NCBI GenBank assembly: GCA_951406725.2
Contig: OX597820.1
Location: 6,386,001-6,450,000, forward strand
Length of the DNA stretch: 64,000 nucleotides
Direction of reading: 5' to 3'
Source: Octopus vulgaris
Lineage: Eukaryota
How positions within the stretch are numbered: position 1 is the first letter of the stretch; each line of letters opens with the position of its first letter. The notes beneath the pieces are model-generated. The model made no database searches. It saw nothing but the letters and a program-made list of their open reading frames with translations, and was not told the DNA's origin. Of this stretch, positions 54,020 to 64,000 are shown one piece after another. The translations under genes and the position numbers were made by a program.

Positions 54020-54342
54020 CAAAATCTTTTAGTCGCCATTCTTAACCTCATCAATAACATGCTCTCTCATTTCAAGGTCTGCCTTCAGTCTGTCCCAGAA
54101 TTTGTTTTGTCCCTGGGTATGTATGCTTGTATGTGTGCATGTAGATGTGTGGCTGCTTTCCTGAAAAGGGAACGGTGAGAGTAAACGAAGAGGTTGTGTA
54201 CTTGGGGGCACTGAACCAACGTGGGCGTTTTTTTTGTTATTGGCCTAGTGACCCTCTCACAACAGCAAGATTTGTTTCAACACAGGAATTTACATCAAAT
54301 ATACTGGAAACCAAATACAAAAACCGAAGTATTTATGTATTT

Positions 54343-54375
<33 letters not shown>

Positions 54376-54759
54376 AGCGCGCGTGCGTGTGAGTGACTGT
54401 GTTATCGCGTGTAGACGCAATCCCCTTCCCCACCCATCTCAGTAAAATATCTGTCACGTGACAGAGTAGGCGGGGCCGTGGTTTTATTTTAGTCTTTCAT
54501 CGATCAGAAATAGGTGAAAGGCGTACTTTGCATCGGCACGATTTGAACTCAGATCGTGCAAAACTGGAATAAATATAGAAAACCATTTACTGAACTCTGA
54601 AAGATGTCTGCTATACATGAACACGCACACTCACTCACATACATACGTACACTCACCCATACGCAGATATGTACATGAACGCTTACTTTCTCCCTCCCTC
54701 CCTCTCTATCCATCTATCTATCTATCTTTTGCTCTCATGTGTTTAGTTCCTCCCTGACT

Positions 54760-55020
54760 GAGGTTACCGTAGTCTTTTCTGTAGGCTTTTCTTCCAACGG
54801 ATGAACCTAATCTTGTTTCTTACTGTTAAAAAAATTTGTTTCTGTGATTCACAACCCCACCTTTTTTTTTCTTTTCCTTTTTTTCCCGATCCCTTTTAAT
54901 CGGAATTTTACATTTGTTTCCCTTTTTTGTTCCTTTTGTCTTTTTCCATCTTCGAAAAGAAAAGCTCTACATTTTTATTTGTCCCCTCTGTATTCAGCCC
55001 TGTGTGGCCAATAAAGAAAG
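54760..55020 (+). mobile_element. LINE 3' UTR (L1/Tx1-like), 5'-truncated
   Basis: T-rich UTR ending TTGTCCCCTCTGTATTCAGCCCTGTGTGGCCAATAAAGAAA. Homologous in inverted orientation to 55150-55400. Confidence 0.65.
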
Positions 55021-55149
55021 TCATCAATCTATCTACCACACACACACAGACATACACTGGTATAAATAAGTATATCTGTGTGTGTTAGCGAGTGTATTCA
55101 TTGCTAAATTTCTATATTAATTTGTTTATTGTCTTATGAGTAAGATCAG

Positions 55150-56070
55150 TTTCTTTATTAGCCACACAGGGCCGAACACAGAGGGGACGAAAATACAATG
55201 TAGAGCTTTTCTTTTCGAAAATGAAAAAGAAAAAGGGGGGAAAATGAGAAATAAAATGTAAAATTCCGATGAAAAGAGATCGGGGAAAAAAAAAAAGGAC
55301 GATCAAAAGGGATCGTGTATCACAGAAGAATTTTAAAAATGTAAGAAAGCAAGATTAGGTTTATCCGTGGAAAGAAAAGCCTACAGAAAAGACCAAGGTG
55401 TGTAGGGATCATGAGGAGATTTTCATGTTGAAAAGACCTTGTGGAGAGATCCTTTGCTCGCTCTTCACTGTCGAATCCTTACTTCGATCGTTGCAAACCT
55501 GTTTCCCCTCGTTATGTAGACTTTAAAGACCCAAATGGGCCTTAAACATTTTCTCACGTTTTCTTGAGTGGCTGTTTCATGTACTTTTGTTTTCACGTTG
55601 AGTGTCTTGTAAATGATTGCTGGTTTTTTTTTTTTAGATACTTTTTGTAATGTTTTCAGGTGTCTGTAATTGAACGGTGACGTCATTTTTTGTAAACATT
55701 TCTTTGCGGGCAAGTAGTTCTTCCTTCGAAAGATACATTATTCTTTTCTTTGACTTCAAAGCTGTGGCAAAATTGCTATCGGTATTCGTGTTGGTTGTGG
55801 TGGTGATGGTGGTGGTGATGGTGACAGTGGTGGAGGCAGCGGTTATAGTAGTAGAAGCTTTCGTGTCTTCTAAGGCCCGTGCGCGGTCACGTGGAACGTC
55901 TTTGCTTTCAGCTTCCTTCACTCCTAGCATCGGTAGAGGCGGTAAGTCGGCCTCATGGTTTCGTTTAGTCATATTTCTTTAGAAATATGGCAAAGAAATT
56001 GAAGAAAATAGAAATGTAAATAGGTTTGAAACTGACCCTAGATGTCAATTCCTCCCGTGCAAACACACTC
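55150..56070 (-). mobile_element. Internally deleted L1/Tx1-like LINE: 5' region plus frameshifted ORF1 N-terminus fused to the 3' UTR
   Basis: MTKRNHEADLPPLP..(Thr tract)../KKPAIIYKTLN..YITRGNRFATIEV/FDSEERAKDLSTRSFQHENLLMIPT joins the 3' UTR at ~55400. Clade assignment is from recall, not a search. Confidence 0.55.
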
Positions 56071-56229
56071 AAACGAAAGCTGGGTGTCTTACACACCTTG
56101 TGTGCAAAAATTGGAACAAAATGTGTGTAATAGAAAGTCGACAAAAGCGATTACCTGTGGAGCCGATGCAACATCACGTCAGTCGAAGAAGATAGATAGA
56201 TAGACAAACAGGCAGCGTGACAGACAGAC

Positions 56230-56272
<43 letters not shown>

Positions 56273-56291
56273 GAAACAGGCAGCGTGACAG

Positions 56292-56328
<37 letters not shown>

Positions 56329-56813
56329 CAGACTATCAAACAGACTAACACCTACCCGCGGCACACCTCAGGGTGACTCATATATTGTTTTCTATAAAAA
56401 CTTATGATGTCCTTTGCTACCGGCTCATCCTTGGTGGAAGAATCGTATTCGTAACTGGCTTCCTACCGTGACCATCCCATCTCTCGTTACGATTAAATTG
56501 ACCACTGTATGTCTTTATTAAGAAATAATATTATCCTAACCTCCTTGTAACTTCCGCCAAACTGATGTCTTCTTCCCGTCATTGGTAGACAAAGACATTT
56601 AAACGAATGCCATTGTATCAAACCATTGCGAAGAATTAGCCACAGAGTGTCACTCACAGACTTCCTCTCATCTCTCGTGCACAACTTAGTGAATTTTCTC
56701 TTATTAACTAAACACACACGAATACACACTCAGAAATATACGCATACATTCATCCCAATCATATCTGTTTGTCTGTCTCTCTCTGTATAGCTATTATCTA
56801 TCTAACCACATAT

Positions 56814-56848
<35 letters not shown>

Positions 56849-56861
56849 ATACATACATACA

Positions 56862-56895
<34 letters not shown>

Positions 56896-56911
56896 CATAC
56901 AAACATACATA

Positions 56912-57450
56912 CATGGTGGCTGCCCCCTCGTTATCGAGTATGGCCATTGCACGAAGCTTAGTCAATGTTGTTATCGTGCAATGCCTGTGCAAGGAGTTTT
57001 TTTTTTAAAAGAGGAAAGGCTGTGCACTGAATCAATCCCACTCACTAAGCAACAGCAGCCATAATCCGAAAAGAAGAACAAGTCAACATCATCGGTAGCC
57101 ACTGAGCCGCAGGTTTTATGTCGGAGTTATCCCACTAGAGGTATGCCCTGACAAAGGCTAGGAGTCCTTCACTCCCAATGATTTAACCGCGCGATCGAAT
57201 ATTCAGTCCGATTATTTCTATGTCCCCGCGCATGATACAGCTTTAAGACATTTATTGGACGGCTGTTGACACTCAAGAATTCCTCCGCCCTTTGACGGGT
57301 TTTGTTTTTCATCCCGCAGGGTGTCCAATAAACACTCTCCTCACCAAGCAAGCTTGGTGGGGTTGCCGGTTTGGTCGCCGACGACCCGACCATGCAACAG
57401 GTTGTACTGGGCTTACATGTTACCAGTAGCACTCGAAAGTGACCTGACAT
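56912..57450 (-). mobile_element. Non-autonomous RTE-tailed element (bipartite?) in (TACA)n
   Basis: 3' tail GCTTCGTGCAATGGCCATACTCGATAACGAGGGGGC is nearly identical to the RTE tail at 2128-2165. The upstream part has no RT coding. Confidence 0.65.
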
Positions 57451-57464
57451 AACATACATACATA

Positions 57465-57661
57465 CGCCATGATAGATCGTTAGCCACGACACACATTTTT
57501 TTCTCTCCTTGTTTCTTTCTGTGTCCCTTTCTGTAGAAGAGCGTAGGCTCGAAACGTAAAAGAGTTTTTTCTATTCGTGAGCGTTATACTAATACATCTG
57601 TTTGTTTTGTACACCACCTGTCTTCGTCGTTTGCTTTTTTTTTTTTTCGTAAACTCTCCCC
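57465..57661 (+). mobile_element. Hammerhead-like mini-element H1
   Basis: cttt CTGTAGA A GAGC gtag GCTC GAAAC GTA aaag. Confidence 0.7.
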
Positions 57662-57727
57662 ATACATACATACATACATACATACATACATACATACATA
57701 CATACATACATACATACTTACATATAT

Positions 57728-57763
<36 letters not shown>

Positions 57764-57862
57764 CTCTCAAAGCGACGAAAATATTTTGACAAATCAAATT
57801 TAAATGTTGAAGTGAATCTAACGGTATTTGTGTGTTTCTTAAATGGCTTCCACGCTGCAATT

Positions 57863-57933
<71 letters not shown>

Positions 57934-58693
57934 CACACACACACGGATGCCAAATTGTTCTTGAGCAACCTTCCCAGCAGGGTACAACTTAACACTACAA
58001 TAATTTGACACTGTAAAATAGAAACCATGAGTAGGGGTTACTTTAGTGTATTCAACCGATCCTTCTTCCGCACAATACTGATAACAAGAAAGGTGATGGA
58101 ATATTATTCAACTAAAATGTCTTTAAATCCTAAACCATCCATTCATCACACTGAAACATCATATTCTTCTCTTAGCAACCCCCTTCCGTTCACGACCATC
58201 TTGTAGACAAAATTCCGAAACAGCCTCCCACTCTTGACAATTTTACAATCACCATTACAACTCGCTCGCACATCAATGAAAAACGTAAAGAGATTTCTAC
58301 AAACTTGAAGAAGTACAAAGGGCTGGGTTCTTTCTTAGAAAGAGAATCCAGACTTTCATTCAGAACTCAATAACACCAAATTGACCACCATTCGCAGTGC
58401 AGAAGATACATTGAACAAAATAATTATAGACTTAATCTTCTTTAAAAACCAGATTCACAGAAGGCAACCTTAAGAAATAGAGTTACGATTCCGTACCAAA
58501 AATAGCTAACCTCGTAAAAAACGGAGACAGTCTCGCACAGATTACATCGAAACCACACACAGCAGAAATATAAAAAAGCATCAAAGAAGCTAGACTAGGA
58601 AATCCTAGAATAACCATTAAAACAAAACAACAACAAAAACAAACAAAATATAAAACTGGGGAATATTTATACACTACACAAACCATGATCACT

Positions 58694-58726
<33 letters not shown>

Positions 58727-59269
58727 TGCATCATCATGACCACCTCCATCGTCATCGTGGTGGTGGTGGTGGTTTTAGTGGTCATCGTCGTCATAGGCAA
58801 CATCGTAATCCTCAACACCATCTTTATCAACATTGTCGTCGTCGTCGTCGTTGTTGCCGTAGTCTTCATAGCTGTCTTGTAATTGTCATTTTATTCATCA
58901 TAATCACCATCATCATCGCCGTCGTAGTTTTTTAATCATCATCTTCATCATCATCACAATCAACAACAACAACAACGATAACAACAGCTACGCGAGAACA
59001 CAAATGTTACAATCACAGATAAAATACCCATAATGCAACGATACGGAATTGTACTTATCAGAGAGTTCTAGAATAAGAAAGAAACAAAAAAAAAAATAAA
59101 AAACAGAAAAAATAAAAAGGAAAAGAAAATTACACAAACAAGGAGACAAAATTGTTAAGCTCCTTAAATGTCCATCCTGATTTTAACCGTCTCCACCATC
59201 GCTGCTTCCACCGTTGTGTCAGGACCAGTCATTCGAGTGCACAATGGCGACAATGGGATTGTCATACTT

Positions 59270-59440
59270 GTTATGCCAGATTGTCATACTGTACTCCGTA
59301 CATCCTACGATGTACTCTGTACGATGCAGGACATCACATACTGTACTCCGTACGAGGCAGGAATTTGTGGTGTCTGCAGGAAAAGAGTGACAAGAAAGCG
59401 ACATGGCAAGTGTATCGAGGTTGTTTGTTGTACGATTGGT
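59270..59440 (+). mobile_element. Possible piggyBac transposase C-terminal Cys-rich domain remnant
   Basis: LYDAGHHILYSVRG / ICGVCRKRVTRKRHGKC resembles the piggyBac 'RYD..H......CxxC......CxxC' pattern. Needs a frameshift. Confidence 0.3.
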
Positions 59441-59604
59441 GATTGCGCAAGGCAGAGGGTCGCCAGCTTGTGGTGCCACCTAGGACTGCTGGAATTGGAA
59501 ATGTCCCGGGCATATGCAACGATAACAACAACAACAGCAACAACAACAAGAGCAGAAGCAATTATAACATGACGACTACAAACAGTTCTACCACAGCGAA
59601 TACC

Positions 59605-59822
59605 TATTTCTTTATTGCCCACAAGGGCCTAAACATAGAGGGGACAAACAAACGGATTAAGTCGATTATATCGACTCCAGTGCGCAACCGGTACTTAATT
59701 TATCGACCCCGAAAGGATGAAAGGCAAAGTAGACCTCGGCGGAATTTGAACCCAGGACGTAACGACAGACAAAATACGGCTACGCATTTCGCCCGGCGTG
59801 CTAACGTTTCTGCCAGCTCGCC
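59605..59822 (-). mobile_element. Young SINE A with a 15-bp TSD
   Basis: ACCACAGCGAATACC at 59590-59604 and 59823-59837. Confidence 0.9.
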
Positions 59823-59899
59823 ACCACAGCGAATACCATCACCAGAAACAGTAGCAAAACCAACGATGCTGATAACAATGCCAAAAAGGCTGCCAGTTC

Positions 59900-60560
59900 T
59901 AAGACCTGCATCACAACCATCACCACAATCACCAAAACCACCACCAATACCACCACCACCACCATCACCGTCTCCAGCATTTACACCTCACCGCCACACG
60001 CACCATTCCTGTAGCGCCGCCATTTTTTTATCATCAGCTTCACTCGCATCGCAATCATCATAATAACTATTGCCATCCCTATCGTGACCATCATTGCCGA
60101 CACTGTTAGCACCACTAACGCGACCACAAGTACCAACAGCGTTATCACCATCATCCCGACTTCCATCATCAAAACTACCACCACCACCACCACCACCATT
60201 TCCGCCTCCCCCACAACCGTCGCCAACGCCATCACAATTGCTACCATCACCACTACCATCACTACGACATCCATCGCAGCCAACACCACCACCATCAAAG
60301 CAATCACCTTTACAACCACCACCACCACCACCACCACCGCCACCACCACCACTTCCACCACTTACATCACCATTACAGCCAATCCTTTTAACATTACCGT
60401 CACCACCACTACACCACCACCACCAACAACAACAACAACACCAACAACACCACCAACACCACCATCATCACCACCACCACCACCAACAACAACAAAAGAA
60501 CAGGCCACCAACACCACTATGACCACCACCAGCTCCACCCCTTCATATAACAACTCGTAA
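59900..60560. repeat. Degenerate (ACC/ATC/AAC)n low-complexity tract
   Basis: Direct inspection; produces the Thr/Pro/Val-rich ORFs. Confidence 0.85.
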
Positions 60561-60952
60561 AGCAATGACGCTGATGTACATTCCTGAGTAACAGCAGCAG
60601 CTGCAGCAGCGGTAGCAGCAGCGGTAGCAGCAGCAGCAACATTGGCCCTATTCGAGAGGCAATGTGTGACAGTTATTACATTAGCATTGACAGGTAGAGC
60701 AGCGGTCTGAACGGCGGCGCTCACCCAGCTCTCCACTTAACACTCATAATATTTGTTCTTTTATCAATGTGAAGCCGTTCAAATGGTCGACAGATTTGGA
60801 GAAAAGCTACAGTTATTACTTACCACTGCACACAATAGCCACACGTTTATAAACATACATACATACACACATACGTGCATACATACAGGAACGCAAAAAT
60901 ATACACACGAACACAGACGTACATACGCACGCACACACAAACACGTATACGT

Positions 60953-60991
<39 letters not shown>

Positions 60992-60992
60992 C

Positions 60993-61091
<99 letters not shown>

Positions 61092-61273
61092 ATATATACA
61101 TGCAAATATATATATATATATATAAACACACACGCACACAGGGATTTAGATAACATTTCATCTGTGTTATGTATATAAGTGTGAGTGAGTGTGTAGATAC
61201 ATATGTGTGTGTGTGTGTGTGTGCGTATATATATGTATATTTATTAATATATGTATATATATATACATACACA

Positions 61274-61324
<51 letters not shown>

Positions 61325-61401
61325 ATATATATATATACTTATATATACATATACTTACGCATATAGGCGCGTGAGCGAGCGCGAGATATATACGCTGATC
61401 T

Positions 61402-61442
<41 letters not shown>

Positions 61443-63229
61443 CATGAACATATACATATACATATGTATATATATGGATATATATGTATATATATGTATA
61501 TATTTATATATATAAAATATATATGTCTATGTGTGTGTATGTATATATATATATATATATATAAATTTATGCGTTCACACTTATACTTTCACATTTGCAT
61601 AGAGTCATATAAAGATATATACACTTCTATGTGTGCAGTGTTTAAATAAATATATATACATATGAATGTATTCATATAATTACATTTTCCAAAATCTGTA
61701 GATGTATAAATATATATACCATTAAAACCACTGATATATATATACGTAGAAATACGTAGAAATACGCGCACATACACACACACATATACATATATACTTA
61801 GATGAATACACAGGCGTATATACATCCATATATATATATGTGTGTATATGGATATGCCTATATACATATGTACACACACATGTATAGTTATACATACATA
61901 TATATATCTGTGTGTCTGTGCATATGTATGTAGTCACATATATGTTAGCGTAATTATCGATATGGTTGTGTACATATGTAAGGTTGTATTCTTGTCTTAA
62001 TCGCCTCTTCTATTAGATCACGCTGAATTTCGCGAAATGTCGTGAAATTCTTTAAGTCATCTACTTCAACGAGCAAATTATTGTTAAGATAGACGTAGGA
62101 GTTGAACATTTATTGGAATTAACCTGTTTGCTTTTCTTTATTGAACACTGCCAGCTTCGATAGTCGATGACCGTTCTAGCTGTCTTCCTACCATTTGTAA
62201 TTATAGAGATCTACCTAGATGTCGACCATTCTAATTCTACTGCAAAATCTACCAATGTCTACATTTTTGTATCTTTTAAAACCATTGTTTGTTTTATCTC
62301 TTAATCTTCAACCGGACCCTCAAACGGTTAATTCTTCAAAAGTTATTCCAATTCAATTGTGTATGGCCATCATCATCTGCAATCGATCGCGCATTGTTAT
62401 TGGTAGTTTCTCTGTTGTTCTTCTTGGTATTGTTTTTGTTGATGTTGCTCTTTCTAAACACAGATTGTTTTTGCAACATTCTTCTCTCTTTCACTCAAAA
62501 AACCAGAAAGAATTTAACTTGCTGTCAATTTATCGTTCAAAGATAATGTTTCTTTAGTTTAAGATTTTTTTTTCCCGTCTCTTCTTTTTGTTTCGTCTCT
62601 GACAGAATTCACTGAAAATCTTCATTTTTACTGGCCATTCTAATTGCTTTAGCTTTAAACCATAATTCAAACAAAAAGAAAGGTATATGCTGTCTTTTAC
62701 AATTCAGAACTTTTCCATCAGTTTTAATAAAGTTTTCTCGATAAACTTTTCTCCCGATAAACTTCACAGGGTCTGAAAGGAATTCTGTAAACATTTATTG
62801 GTTAAGAATACACTGTTTAAGAGACTCTGCACTTAATATTCCAAAATTTTCATATCTCATCACCTTTTCGTCACTGATATATTTATATATATATACATAC
62901 ATACATACATACATACATACATACATACATACATACATACATACATACATACAAACATGCATGCATGCATACATACATACACACACATATACTTACATAA
63001 TACGTATGTATAAATACATACATACGTGTGCATGTATGTATGTATAAATGTATCAGTGACGAAACGGTGATGAGATGAAAACTCCGGAATATGAAGTGGT
63101 GTCAATTAAATAGAATCATACATGCACACACCCACACTCACGCATATAGATACATACATGCATACATATATATGCGTATATTTATATATATATATATGCG
63201 TATATATATGCGTATATATATATATATTT

Positions 63230-63263
<34 letters not shown>

Positions 63264-63279
63264 ATACATATATATATAT

Positions 63280-63310
<31 letters not shown>

Positions 63311-63572
63311 TATACATATATATATATTATACATATATATACATACATACACACACACATATATATATATATATATACATATATATACATACATATATAT
63401 ATATATAGATATATATATACATACATACATAAACATATATATATATACATACATATATATAAACATATATATATATATACATACATATATAAACATACAT
63501 ATATATACATATATATATATATACATACATATATATACATATATATATACATACATACATATATATATATAC

Positions 63573-63627
<55 letters not shown>

Positions 63628-64000
63628 ATTATATATATGTATACATATCAATCACAGTGTATTTATGTATGTATGTTTGTAGCTATCTATATGTAGCATA
63701 CATATAGAAATACACACACACATATACACACATATACACACATATAGGTGTATGTGTTTGTGTGATGACACCTAGACATAACTACATATTGACACGTAAA
63801 TCTCTCCACACCCACAAACAGACTCACGCACACATAAACTCGTACACATATTAGAAAACGGACGCGATGCTAACAATACATAGCAGCATACCCTATTCTA
63901 CACTCTACAACTTTGTCTGAGATATTGTTATCGCTAACCTCTCAAAATTAACTTAGCCTAACGGGACTGACAAAATTCTCCTAATTCTATTTATATAAAT

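Noticed and set aside
58020-58620. Possible decayed LINE ORF2 segment
   Set aside because: A-rich and codon-like, but no diagnostic motif.
60084-60560. Mucin-like Thr-rich or Pro-rich ORFs
   Set aside because: Degenerate trinucleotide tract open in several frames, with no signal peptide or exon evidence.

Overview
Eukaryotic, AT-rich and extremely microsatellite-dense window ((TA)n, (TACA)n, (TATC)n, (GA)n, (CA)n, (AGT)n, (TAA)n). The repeat families match what I recall of a coleoid cephalopod (Octopus-like) genome; this is inferred, not database-checked. I find no intact protein-coding gene: almost all track ORFs are microsatellite translations, so the window is probably intronic or intergenic. 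It contains four modular tRNA-head SINE types (called A-D here) and decayed LINE fragments (CR1-group, RTE, R4/Dong-type RLE, L1/Tx1-like). It also has mariner, hAT and piggyBac-like remnants, a non-autonomous Helitron, MITEs, a probable solo LTR and a ~1.7 kb minisatellite. The most interesting signal is a set of ~200 bp non-coding elements, mostly beside TA/TACA microsatellites, that carry a minimal type I hammerhead-ribozyme-like fold (8 copies, with compensatory changes in stems I and II). Four fold-back or palindromic inserts carry the same GAAAC-palindrome-GTH signature, consistent with non-autonomous Penelope-like (PLE) ribozyme retroelements. Three shared 3' tails linking short elements to LINE remnants are visible within the window.
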